From sequence record MW879341.1: a stretch of 64,000 bases of DNA; one strand, written 5' to 3'. Below are positions 20,062 through 31,500 of the stretch, in pieces. Each line of letters starts with the position of its first letter. The stretch's first letter is position 1. The notes below the pieces were generated by a model, which saw only the letters and a program-made list of their open reading frames with translations, had not been told where the DNA came from and searched no databases. Both the position numbers and the translations under genes were made by a program.

Positions 20062-20755
20062 AGACAAAGCGTTACTGGTCGAGTTGGATGCTTTGGCTGA
20101 TACACGTATGGGTACTCTCGCCATTGTCGCTCCAGAGGCGATGGCTAAGATTCCACCCAGTAACTACCTCACTCGCATGCGTGACTCTTTCTCGGAGTAC
20201 GGGGTAGATCAGGAACTCTTTGAAGCTGCTTACGCAAACCGTGACGTGCAGACTTTGAAGAACTCCATCGTGACAGCCTTGGTGGGTGTTATCCAGCAGG
20301 TTATTGTGGAGTACGTGACAACCGTCAATGCTAACCGCAATGGACCACCTGAAGTTGATCTGAATGTGTATCCGTATCACCTCTCGTCTGAGCAGAGTGA
20401 AATGTACGCTGCACTACTAGAATACAAACTCAAAGCTGTGGTAAGGGTGAACATCATTCGTGTTCCACCTGAAGCGTTGACTCTGGCAGCACTGCACCAC
20501 GAATACCACACTGCAATCATCTACAACTGGGTGCAGTGGGCGTGTGCAATTGAAGAGAGCTTTAAAACGGATGCATGTCCACAGTTGTCGGTAATCGCAC
20601 CCAATCTGCTACACGGTGTTACTGATGGGTTAGAAGACCCTATGACCGTAGCAGCATTTAAAGCCGCACACCCGACAGCGTATATGGAGTTTGCGCTGAT
20701 GGATAAAGTGGGTATTACATTTGCACCCATTTCTCAATTCTCAATTACGCACTGA
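20051..20755 (+). CDS. Conserved phiKZ-like hypothetical protein (possible degenerate HAD fold)
   Basis: ATG 20051; N-terminal LLVELDALADTR. Confidence 0.55.
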   Translation: MARKDKALLVELDALADTRMGTLAIVAPEAMAKIPPSNYLTRMRDSFSEYGVDQELFEAAYANRDVQTLKNSIVTALVGVIQQVIVEYVTTVNANRNGPPEVDLNVYPYHLSSEQSEMYAALLEYKLKAVVRVNIIRVPPEALTLAALHHEYHTAIIYNWVQWACAIEESFKTDACPQLSVIAPNLLHGVTDGLEDPMTVAAFKAAHPTAYMEFALMDKVGITFAPISQFSITH

Positions 20756-20802
20756 CAGCATAGAACCTACCCCTCACCGTTTGGTGGAGGGTAGGTGTCT
20801 AT
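20756..20802. terminator. Bidirectional terminator
   Basis: CAGCATAG + CCTACCCCTCACCGTTTGGTGGAGGGTAGG; this core is the exact reverse complement of the 6.3-kb copy. Confidence 0.75.
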
Positions 20803-21252
20803 TTATTCGTTTTCGAGTCTTTCCAGGAACTTATCGTAGCTATCGTCTTCGATGCCGATGAAGTCCTCACCTGGTCTCAGATTGTGTTCTGGTAACAGGG
20901 CGACTTGTGCTTCTGGGTCCATCGTAGCCACATCAACGATAACACCCTCTTCAGTGCTACGCATGAATGGGTTACCGGTCTTACCAGTATGTTGGTTCAG
21001 CTGTGCAATCAGTACCGCAGCAGAACGATCGTCGTCGCCACGTTTCTTATCTTGCTGGAGACGTTTCAAGACTAAGGCTTGTCTGTCCATACTGTCTAAC
21101 GTTTGGTTGATGGCACCGACAACCTTAGGGTCGTCTGGAGTTGGATCACCTTTGTCATCACCCACTTGTGAACCCATGAGCTTAGTAACGACGCGCATGC
21201 GTGTCTTCTGGGTGAACGCTAGGATACCATCATTATCTAATACTTCGCTCAT
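20803..21252 (-). CDS. Hypothetical protein (149 aa)
   Basis: GAGG RBS; divergent from the promoter at 21275. Confidence 0.65.
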   Translation of the reverse strand: MSEVLDNDGILAFTQKTRMRVVTKLMGSQVGDDKGDPTPDDPKVVGAINQTLDSMDRQALVLKRLQQDKKRGDDDRSAAVLIAQLNQHTGKTGNPFMRSTEEGVIVDVATMDPEAQVALLPEHNLRPGEDFIGIEDDSYDKFLERLENE

Positions 21253-21274
21253 GGTTACCTCATATTCGATTCAA

Positions 21275-21298
21275 TTTCAGATATATATTATCTCTGTG
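21275..21298 (+). promoter_or_regulatory. Phage early-type promoter
   Basis: TTTCAGATATATATTATCTCTGTG; resembles the phiKZ early consensus TATATTAC; seven similar copies in the window. Confidence 0.7.
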
Positions 21299-21330
21299 CA
21301 TATGCCATATAAATTGGAGGTCTCTGGACC

Positions 21331-21837
21331 ATGTTTGATAAGTTAAGGTTTAAGAAATATTACACTCGCTTTAAAAGAGAACACCATAAGCTTGACACGG
21401 GTTGGGCAGTATCGTTACGTGATACGGCTCAGATGGCTAAACGACTTCCGGTTAAAGTCATTGCCAAATTCGGTCAGGATGAAATCCGCTATACTCACCA
21501 ATTCACCACCCAGGTATATCACGCCAATGTTATGGTGTTGCTGGAGAATTGTCGCGCAGCAACGCTTGCTATGACCAACGATGACTATATCGAATCTGAT
21601 CCAGAAGAATCAACTGCGGTACGTTTGGATGAGTGGTTACAGCCGACTAACCTCGCGTGTAATTTCCAGTTGCTACTACAAGACCTGGACAATACCTTCG
21701 GTGAGTTCGTACATGCGTATGACAATGTCCAGGAGTCTAAGGCCGGCTATTATAGCCGTAAGACTTTCCACATTACCCACGACATGTTCTCGTTAATTGA
21801 GTTACTGTCTGAGTTGGTGCTATGGGACAGGAGCTAG
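21331..21837 (+). CDS. Hypothetical protein (168 aa)
   Basis: GGAGG RBS, downstream of an early-type promoter. Confidence 0.65.
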   Translation: MFDKLRFKKYYTRFKREHHKLDTGWAVSLRDTAQMAKRLPVKVIAKFGQDEIRYTHQFTTQVYHANVMVLLENCRAATLAMTNDDYIESDPEESTAVRLDEWLQPTNLACNFQLLLQDLDNTFGEFVHAYDNVQESKAGYYSRKTFHITHDMFSLIELLSELVLWDRS

Positions 21838-21838
21838 T

Positions 21839-22306
21839 ATGGCTAAGCGAAGTCACCCTATATTCGATAAGGCTGACTATGGTCTAAAGGACGCTAGAAA
21901 CGCATTAGCTAAGTTCTATCGCTCCTTCTTGATCGAGTTCGGCGTTACACCGAATATGTGGTCAGATCTCCTGACACGGTATGTTATCAATCCATTGAAC
22001 GGCATAAGCAAAGCACGACGCTCTATCGTACGTGGTAATCTCCCTAAACAGTTGGAACGTGACAAAGTTACCTTTGATAGCTTTCTGACTGGGATGCGCG
22101 TATTGGAAGGCGATCGTGTCGATATGTATATTGTCGTCCATCGTGGTAAAAGACGTACCATGAAGAAGATCTCTGTGGACTTAGGTCCTGAAATTGAAAA
22201 CGGTATTACGCCAAATAATCCCGTCGTGAATAACGTCTCGCCAAAAGCTGACATCGATGCGTATATGCAGAAGGTGGTAGAAACCGGCAAGGACGATATC
22301 GCATAA
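21839..22306 (+). CDS. Basic hypothetical protein, possibly nucleic-acid binding
   Basis: AGGAG RBS then ATG 21839; K/R-rich (RRSIVRGNLPKQL, HRGKRRTMKK). Confidence 0.6.
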   Translation: MAKRSHPIFDKADYGLKDARNALAKFYRSFLIEFGVTPNMWSDLLTRYVINPLNGISKARRSIVRGNLPKQLERDKVTFDSFLTGMRVLEGDRVDMYIVVHRGKRRTMKKISVDLGPEIENGITPNNPVVNNVSPKADIDAYMQKVVETGKDDIA

Positions 22307-22311
22307 CCTAC

Positions 22312-22357
22312 AGGGTGACTCTTCGGAGTCACCCTTCTAATCCACTTCTTTTTTTTT
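22312..22357 (+). terminator. cUUCGg hairpin terminator with delayed U-tract
   Basis: agggtgactc-ttcg-gagtcaccct ... ACTTCTTTTTTTTT. Confidence 0.75.
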
Positions 22358-22367
22358 GGAGTTTGCT

Positions 22368-23492
22368 ATGACTAGCTATGCAGACACAGTGGTCCAAGCA
22401 TTGGCCGTCGGGTCGGCTGCGGGAGCAAAGGCTGCTGGTAATATCACCACCGATGTTTCAAAGAGCATTCCTAAGGTTGCGTCTAGTATCTTTGAATCTG
22501 GACCTAAGGATGCATTGGTCGCTGTAGACAGTTATGGTAAACGTGCTGTCAGTTTCATCAACCAAGAAGCTGCGGGTGTCAAAGGGAAGTTCGATGGATT
22601 CTTCTCTAACATCCGAATCCTCTCAACTGCTAAGGACACACTCAAGTCAGCAGCACAAACTGCAACCAGTGCACTCAAAGCTGTAAATGATGCCAAGAGT
22701 CAATTGGAGAACTATACCGGGTTAAACCTGAGTTCATTAGGAGCGGCGAAAGCTAGCCTTAATAATGCAGCAATCACTACTCTGGCCAATGTCTCAGGAT
22801 ACGACGTCAATCGCGTTATGCGGGACGGTGAGGCAATCCAACGTATTGCATCGAATGCAGACCTGGGAAGCGTCAACGGGCTTTATACTGCGGCTAATAG
22901 GCTGTTAGGTGTAGGTTCTGTTGGTAACCTGGTAGATATGCGTTCAGATGGGTCAGTATTGGGTGCATTGATGTCTCAAGCTGGTCAATTGGGGATGACT
23001 GATCTCTTTGACAAGCTCTGGGATAAAGTCTCAGCGGATGACAACCTGTATGGTGGTTCTACTGCACGCTACAGTGCTAACCAAACCGTAGCGTCTGTTT
23101 TACAGAATGGCGATTTGGTGATGCTGAACAAACTCATTGATAAACTCGGTGGGTCTGCGATCTTACAACAGTATCCTGATGCGTTCTCACGGTTCTTGAA
23201 CAACTACCGTATAGATTACGACTCCACGCCAGCTGACTACGATACAATCCGTAACAGTATCACTACCACCTTTAACCGCATTGATCCTAACTGGATGACG
23301 CTTGCGGCTAATGGGGTGACTGAGTATCAACTAGCACCGTTTGCTAATGCGACAAACATCGTGATGGCAATCTTTGGTTTCCGTAAAGGTGCTGACGTAC
23401 GTGCTGCAACTAGCGCACTGATTGCCAGTAGCTATCCTAAGCAGTCAGCTAGTTCATTGTTCCGTGCTTACTACCCAAACATGCCATTGTGA
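22368..23492 (+). CDS. Virion structural protein (about 374 aa)
   Basis: GGAG RBS then ATG 22368; Ala/Ser-rich N-terminus; adjacent to tail-tip genes. Confidence 0.55.
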   Translation: MTSYADTVVQALAVGSAAGAKAAGNITTDVSKSIPKVASSIFESGPKDALVAVDSYGKRAVSFINQEAAGVKGKFDGFFSNIRILSTAKDTLKSAAQTATSALKAVNDAKSQLENYTGLNLSSLGAAKASLNNAAITTLANVSGYDVNRVMRDGEAIQRIASNADLGSVNGLYTAANRLLGVGSVGNLVDMRSDGSVLGALMSQAGQLGMTDLFDKLWDKVSADDNLYGGSTARYSANQTVASVLQNGDLVMLNKLIDKLGGSAILQQYPDAFSRFLNNYRIDYDSTPADYDTIRNSITTTFNRIDPNWMTLAANGVTEYQLAPFANATNIVMAIFGFRKGADVRAATSALIASSYPKQSASSLFRAYYPNMPL

Positions 23493-23544
23493 CATAAAAC
23501 CCTACCCCTCCACCTTTTGGGTGGGAGGGTAGGAGATTATGCTG
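23491..23544. terminator. Bidirectional terminator
   Basis: GACATAAAA-ccctacccctccacc-tttt-ggtgggagggtagg-agaTTATGCTG. Confidence 0.75.
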
Positions 23545-25527
23545 TTAGCCAACTGCACGAACGTTAGACAGAGCAGAGATAACACGACCTGGTAATGAAC
23601 CACCAAACCAACTCGCCGCATGTGATACGGAGAAATAGCTATCGAACTCAAGTTTTACACGACGCCAGTTACGAGCCATCTGACGAGTCTTATAGATCTG
23701 ATCTGCTAGACCCAGGCTACCCAATACAGCAAGGTAGTCAGTGAATGCAGTATCGTCACCAAAGAACGCACGGTTCAAACCGCCTGGAGTGATCATATCA
23801 AACGGCGTTGACGTAGTGCCCAGTGGAACGTGCATGATACTTGACAGGTCCGCCACTGTGAACTGCACGTCGATACCTAAAGGTTCGTCGTCCTGTGTCC
23901 AACCAACGTTACCCACACCACGCGTTACGGAGATACTTTCAATCATACCCAGACGAGTCTGAGCACGACCTTTATCGTAAAGCTCTACGAGGAAAGGTGT
24001 ACCGTAAGACTGAGCACCGGCTGAACGAGGTAAACCACCCACTAAGATCATTGAGAGTGGTAACAGTAGTCTCTGGAAACGTGACAGTTTATTCCCATAG
24101 AGACTGCGCAGCTGTATGGTGTAGTCCATGCGTGGTAATGAAGCAGTTGACGTATCCCACACTTTAGGAATGTCCGTCAAGGCGTTACCTGCCAGTGCCA
24201 TCAGTCCTGACATCTGAACACCATCGACCGCACCTTTAACAATCTGCGTAGCGGCGTCTACCGCAGCATCGATAACGCCGATACCGGTTTTACCATCAGC
24301 CATGTTCACACGAGCCTGACGAACACCACTACTGATGCTGTTGAATTTCTCACCCAAATCCGGTGTACGGGTTGAGTTAGAGAAACTCTCGTTAGCAGTA
24401 CCGGCTTCGTGAATGTAGAACGTTACAAATTGAGCACCGTCACGAGCTTCAGCCAGGGCGAAGGTTTTAAACTTATCCACCACGCCAGCATCTTTGAACA
24501 GTTCCTCACGGTTGGAGTCCTTACCATCCGGGTCAGTAGCGTTCTCACCAGCAGGAGAATTGAACCAACGCTGTAGAGCAACCTTCAGCGGTGTACCTGT
24601 TAACGCATTGATCATCTCGCGGTGAGTAGAACCTGGGAACTGAGTCAGTCGATTACGCCATGCCTCATCATCAACCAACGCTGTAGAAGCAGCGACGTCA
24701 GCCAGAGCCTCGTTCCAGATATCCGCTAAACGCTGAGCACGAGTAGACAGCGAGTAGATATCAATCGCGCCGTTCTTACTCCACAGAGAAGGAATCATCT
24801 TAGCATACTGATCGAACTGTCCAGCAGCGGTATCGAAGTTAACATTCTCGTAGATAATCTGGTTTGTAGTTGGGTCGCGTACAGGCATGCCCTGAGCGTC
24901 CCTACGAGCCACAGCAAGCTCAGTATTCTGCTGAGGAATACCAAAGCCTAGGTTAGCCGCTAAGCGGTTAGCAAAGCTCTGTACGGCGTTCCAATAGATC
25001 GGCATGTTAGGACGCAGATAATAGAAACGAGTCGACGGAGTACCAGCCAATGTCTTCAGCGTCTTACCAATTAGAATAAATGGCATAAACGGAAGAATGG
25101 CTACGTAACCTGCAAGTTTACCAGCGTCGTAGAAAAGGGAACCTGATTTACCAGTACGCACCAACATACCAGCATCAGAGTTATAGAAGCTACTGAAGAA
25201 ACTTACCAGTCCAGTATACTCGGGTGTACCGAAACGCATACTGATCGTACGGGCGTTATCGTCAATGGCCTCAGAGTAGTAGTCACCCATCCCGCGAGAC
25301 ACCCATTCAAACAGGCGTTCTCCCTTAGGGTCACAGTAACGAGTATATTGAGCTGGCGGGTTCATTGCGCGATTGCCGCCAAGCGTTGTATCCTCGTACT
25401 TATAGAAGTTAGAGGTTGCAGTTCGACGAGAGATAACAAATTCGTCGAAGCTACCCGGTTCCGTCAAGAACATCTGACGTATCCACCGGTTATCCTCTTT
25501 TAAAAAACGCGTTTCAGCTGCCATCAC
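23545..25527 (-). CDS. Tail-tip/baseplate hub protein (phiKZ gp182-like, 660 aa)
   Basis: Directly downstream of the tape-measure gene; C-terminal LGMIESISVTRG hub-like motif. Confidence 0.65.
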   Translation of the reverse strand: MMAAETRFLKEDNRWIRQMFLTEPGSFDEFVISRRTATSNFYKYEDTTLGGNRAMNPPAQYTRYCDPKGERLFEWVSRGMGDYYSEAIDDNARTISMRFGTPEYTGLVSFFSSFYNSDAGMLVRTGKSGSLFYDAGKLAGYVAILPFMPFILIGKTLKTLAGTPSTRFYYLRPNMPIYWNAVQSFANRLAANLGFGIPQQNTELAVARRDAQGMPVRDPTTNQIIYENVNFDTAAGQFDQYAKMIPSLWSKNGAIDIYSLSTRAQRLADIWNEALADVAASTALVDDEAWRNRLTQFPGSTHREMINALTGTPLKVALQRWFNSPAGENATDPDGKDSNREELFKDAGVVDKFKTFALAEARDGAQFVTFYIHEAGTANESFSNSTRTPDLGEKFNSISSGVRQARVNMADGKTGIGVIDAAVDAATQIVKGAVDGVQMSGLMALAGNALTDIPKVWDTSTASLPRMDYTIQLRSLYGNKLSRFQRLLLPLSMILVGGLPRSAGAQSYGTPFLVELYDKGRAQTRLGMIESISVTRGVGNVGWTQDDEPLGIDVQFTVADLSSIMHVPLGTTSTPFDMITPGGLNRAFFGDDTAFTDYLAVLGSLGLADQIYKTRQMARNWRRVKLEFDSYFSVSHAASWFGGSLPGRVISALSNVRAVG

Positions 25528-25578
25528 TCAATCCTTCATTAGAAAGAAAGGGGTCCTGTCTAAGCGACCCCTCTTACT

Positions 25579-28500
25579 TTACGTTCCTGTGTGTTTTAAG
25601 GACACAGGTCCACGGGTAGATCCCCCGTTACTCTGGCGATTCACTGCGGCAGACTTATCGTTAGGAGCTGCGTTGGCTGAACTGTCGTTCGAGCCTTGGC
25701 GGTTCTGTGCGATTTCAAGCAGTTGCTGTACCAAGTCACGCGTCTCGATTTGGGTCGTGAGTTGTTTCTGTAGTACGTCGCAGATGTCTTTGTTAGTAAC
25801 AACATCTACCTGCTTAGCACGAGCAGCAACCTGTTGGTCTCTGCGTGCATCTGCCTCCTGAGTACCCAGTGCTTGTTGAGCAGCAGGGCCTAAGTCGGGT
25901 GGAGCGCTTGGTGGTGGAACCAGTGGGTTGGCATTTGGTGTAACAGGTGGGGTAGCCATTGCTGCACTACCATCGCCCATGTAACCACCTTTACCGCTGG
26001 TATCTGGTACAGGTGAGCCACCGTTACCTTGTTGTTGATTGGCTACAGCAGCCATATCACCATTAGCAGCAGCTACGACATTATCGTCATTTGCAGCGGA
26101 TTGTGAGACAGGGTCGACTTGCGCCTTACCGTCCGTTATCCCACCGCTTAACGCATATGCCGCACCGGCAAACGCACGACCTTTGGTGTTTACACGACGC
26201 ATCAGTTCTTCCATGACTTCATCGCGTGTACGAGGGCGACCACCTTGTGCATAGAAAATGCTTTGGTTAGCTTTCGCTGCCGCTGGCATAGTCTGTGCTG
26301 CAATGGCGTTACCTTGCATACCAAAGAACTTACGAGCACCACCGAGTCCCATGAAGTGCGCAGCGTAGAGATCGACATCCGTTGGTTCACGACCTAAGAA
26401 CTTCGACAACCCGTCACGGTTTTCACGTAGGAACTCTGCACCCATCAAGGCGTTGGCTTTTGGATCAGTAGGTGGTGTGTTCAGTGGAATACCATACTTC
26501 GCACCGTACTTCTTGAGCATGGTGTCCCAAGTAGATTTGATGAACTGGTATAACCCTGACGCACTGGACGTACCCGCACCGACTTTAGGTCGGAAGTCAG
26601 ATTCGATCGCACCAAAGGTCGCCATCGTGCCTGCATCCACACCCGCCATCTTAGAAGCAGCAACAATAAGATCTTTGTTGTTCTCCCAACCGTCCCCTTT
26701 CGAGTCTGGCAATTGCTGGAACTGTCCGCCTGTGCCATCGGTGAACTCAGACGGATTGCCGTAGCTACCACCGCCTCCACCGCCACCTGAACCTCCTCCA
26801 CCTGAACCACCTATGGAGTCTGGGTCAGAACCACCTGGAGGTTGTGCACCACCACCCAGAGCTACATTACTCGGCACATTGCCTTTGTTGTAGTTAGGAT
26901 CGTTTGCAGCCTTGCGTTGTTGTTCGGATTGGATACCGTTGCCTGGACCTGGTTCTTTCAGGGATTTACGCTGCTCATCCAACTTACGTTGTTTGATCGC
27001 CGCCATCAGTGATTCGAGGGCAGGTTTCGTAGAAGCAGAGTCAGTGTTGAGTTCGTAGTGATCCCACGGGGACTCTTTAATAGTCCACACACTCACCTTA
27101 CTAAACCACGACATAGTGGTAGCAGCTACAATACTCTGGCCCACTTTCAACTGGTCTTCTGGTTTTAACAGTTTCCAAGCTTCGGTAGGACTTACAGCTT
27201 TATCGCAGCGACGTACCGCAGTCGCAAAGGCCAACAAGGTTGGCATGAAACGTTTGTCTAACCACGTCTTCCAATCAGAACGACGGTCACGATCTGTAAT
27301 GCTCACCTGGAAGCGAGGAGCGTAAAGCTCAAACAAATCGTTAGCGCTGTAGTTCAGGTAGGCAGTGCCATCACCTTGGTAGGTTAACTGTTTGACCAGA
27401 TCACCTTCCATTAACAGCAGGGCATCTACACGACCTTTATCCAACTCCGTGAGACCGTAGGTACGCAGACGAATGCCTGCAAGTTCATCGATCTTACGGG
27501 AACTACCAGCATCCCACAACGCAGTACCCACATCACCATGTTTTGCAATGGTATCGGCTTTAACTTTCTCCAGACCGGACTCGGTGTTGTACCGTTTGTC
27601 TGCGGTGTTCTGGTCGATCTTCTTAGCCAGTGGGTTGTTCGCACCTTCAGCCTGAGCAGCATTCTCAGCACGACGTTGTTTGACAGTATCCCTTGCGTTT
27701 TTCTCACGTTCTGCTTTCGCATACTTCTGACAAACGTTCTGGATAGCCGCATCAATCTCCTCTGTACCCGTTACAGCTTTAGCCGGTGGATTAGGACCAT
27801 CTGCTTTGTTGTAAGGATAGTTTGGATCAGTGTCAGCGAAACGAGTCTCGCGAACCAGACGTGGTTTATCACCATCGGCAATCTTGTCATCCAACTCATG
27901 TACTTTAACGCCACCCTGTAGCTCGTGCCCTTTAGCAGCAAACTTCAGGTAGACCGGTCTGAAACGATAGAGCAGCCAGTTGTGGAACATCACGATGTTA
28001 TCATTGCTTGAAGTATCAACCTCAAACAGCTGATAGATATCTTTCATCGGGAGTTCTTTAGTGAACACAGCTGTTGTACCGCTTACACGGGTGTAGTCAG
28101 CCATTGACTCTTCAAGCTTCAACACTTTAGCTTTCAAATCACGGTTGTTAGATGGGATACCGTATTCAGCCAAACGCACAGCCTGAATTGGATCTGGGGA
28201 AGCAGCGAACTTCTTCCACAACCACCACGCTAAGAAGCCAGCGCCTACAACCGCACCCACCGTCAATGTGACCGGTGAAGTTAACACGGCTAGAGCAGCA
28301 CTTCCCGCAGCAGCTAATCCAGCACCCACCGCACCTGCTGCTGTGGCTAACCCACTACCTACAGCAGTCAATGCAGCACCGCCACCAGAGAGTAGAGCTG
28401 AACCTACACCAGTAGCAGCTACGCGCGCACCCACACTAACAGCACCGCGCCCTAAGGCACGAGCACCTGCACCCAACAGACGACCACCCTTACGGAGGAT

Positions 28501-31500
28501 TCCTTTCTTACCACCGCCAAGCATATCGCCTAACATTCCGCCAGCGCGTGTCGCCATTAGAATGTCTTTCAGATAACGGAGAGGATTCAGTTTCTTCAGG
28601 ACGGCGTCTACCCCACCCTTCAGAATGCCACCGATCATCATCAGCGCACCGAACCAACCTTTACCCTCTTTCTTCTTTTTCTTTTCCTTCTTCTCTTCGT
28701 GCTTGTTCTTCGCATCTTCTTCACGACGGAAACGACGTTCTTCCCAACTCCCTTTACGGAAACCAGTCAGTTTGTCAAATGCCCAACCAGCGGCATCAGC
28801 ACCCTTCGTTAATCCAAAGCTAGCAGCACGACCCATACCTCTCATGGACTTAGTCCACAGGCGTGACATCATTCGAGTAGGTGCACCCGCGATATCAATG
28901 GCCTTGTTGAGAGCACGAGGAAGTAAGGCTTTCAACGGCTCACCAAACTTGTTACACAGCCCACGGTTGACGTCATCCATGGTCAGCGCAATGTTGCCGT
29001 CTGGACCTAACACGTCTGAGTCGATCTGCCCTAAGCGATAGATACGCTTACCCGTTTTACTGGATAAGTACATCCCGCGACGTAACAGTCGAGCCAACAG
29101 TTTTGGATTCTCCAGATCATCTACGGTATAGACGTCAGGAACACCCAATGCTAAACGTGTAGCAGTGCCAGCCAGTTTCTTAGCACCACGACCGAGTTTC
29201 TTCAGACCTTTCCATAGGTTCCGATAGTAACCGCCGAAGTACCAGTTGGTGAATTTACCCAGTTTGTACAACAGACCAGAGCGGCGAATCAACGTACCGT
29301 CTTTCAGGTACATCCCTTTGTCGTAGTCTTCATCAGTAAGAACAATGTCCCCATTGATGTCAACCACAGCACCTTTGATGTCGTCGATGTTGTTGATTGG
29401 TTTCTTCGAGTATTTATCGAAGTATTGACCTTGACGCATTTTAGCACCGGTCAGGACTGGCTCTGGCATACCGAGAACGTATACGTCATCGATCTTACCA
29501 CGCAATCCAAAGAGACCCTGTGCAAATTTGTCAACCACGTTTGATACTCGACCACCAATCAGACGAGTAGCGAAGTCAGCACGGTTTACCCACTTCTCAG
29601 CACGCTTAGAGATCTGGGCTAAACGTACACCCGTTCCTGTAGCAATGCCTGCCAATACGTCAGCAGTGGATAACACAACGTTACCGGCAGTATCTATAAC
29701 AGGGCCTTTAATGTCATCGAGTGTTTTGATGACCTTATTAGTCGTCTCACAGATATACTTACCAGCACGGATACCCGCACGAGAAAGACGCGGTTCACGC
29801 TCACCTGGGACGTAGACGTCCTCAACCATCTCGTCCAGGTCAACGTGTTGATCATTACTGCTACTCCCACGGAAAGCATTGGCTGCTCGTTCCGCCGCAC
29901 CTGAAGCCTGATCTTGAATCGACCGAGACAAACCATTCAGTCTGTCCAACACGTCATTCAGTTGGTCTTCGGTGGCCCCCCTTGCTCCTTGGTTTTGCGA
30001 GCCAGCAGCGTTGTCGGTAGGTGGTACACCGCCATCGCGATCATCCACACCCCTACGGCGACGTGTACGAGTCCGTCTGCGACCAGTATCGCTCCCGCCT
30101 TTGCTCCCCTCCCCACTTTCTTTACTTTCGTCATGTTGAGACCCTGTGCCTAGTACGGCATTGACGATGAATTTCGGGTCAAGGAACTCTCGACGGCCAT
30201 CCATTTTCAATGCGCCAATAGAACGCAGGTTTTCGCGGTTACCAGCATCGAGCATATTGTTAATTGAGTCGTCAAAGTTCGGAATCAATCGACGTGCTTC
30301 TTGGTACTGACTGCTGTACCGATTTAGTCTGCGTTGTGTACGGACGTCAGTTTTAACGTTACCGTTTTCGTCCGTTGGGAATCGGGCTGCAAAGTGTGAG
30401 GTTAGTTCACGCAGTACAGAAGGATCAGTGACCTGGTCTAAGTTACGACCGTTTGCATACTGACTCGCGTTGAATCTACGACCGATTACCATGTTGTGAA
30501 TCAATTGACGACGCAGTCCGTCTTTTGCTTCATCAGACAACTTACTACCACGGGTCAGCGTCTGCATCAATGCATCGACACGTTTACCCAGGTATTCAGT
30601 TTGGTCTTTAGGCAATAACTGGTTACGGATACCAGCTTTAAAATCACCTGAGGATTTGAAACCACCGGTGGCATGATCGTAATGCATTGACTCTACGTTA
30701 CGACCAGTACGAATCCCTTCGCTACTTTGAAGGAGCTTGGTCAACAGTCCAGGGATAATCTCTACGATGCTCTTACGAGTAAGTGTATCGAAGGCGACTG
30801 GGTCTTTGTTAGCACCGTATCCTTTCGCTGTGAACTCAGGCGTTCCCTCGTAAAACTTAGGAATCATGGTCTTCAGGCTATTTATTGCATTAGCACCGAT
30901 ACCCTGAGAGAAGTCAAACGGGTTACGCTTACGCCAGAAGTCCCAACGCAGGCCATTAGAGCGTTTCTTAGCCCAGTCAGATAAAAGCTCTGGAGCATTG
31001 TCGTTGAAATAGTTCAAGCGTTCATTAAGCGCACCAACGCCGGGGATCTTACGGACATGGCGGGCGAGGCGACCACCTAATGCTTCCGCTAATCCACCAG
31101 TAAGTTCACCGCCTGCAAACTCACCTGCTGATTCCTGCCAACTTGGACCACCCATCCCAGCACCCATACTGGCACCCTGGAGACCCGCGTTACCCATCAT
31201 CAGACCCATACGCAAACGAGAACCAAATCGTTTAGCGTTGGATTGCAGTCTGTCAGTAAGCTTACCACGGAAGTTACGAATGAAGTCGTCAGCACGCTCT
31301 TTAATACCGAGCGGTTTATCCTGACGAGCATTGTAAGACTTGAGTTTAGCCAGGTCAGGTAAACTGGAGTTTTCAACGATAGCTTTCAATTGCCCCAACA
31401 CGTCAACGTTTGCACGCTTCGTTTCAATCAGTAAATCACGTTGACTGAAATACTGACGATATTGGAGTTCTAACAATTTCTGATCACGACGGGTCGAGAC

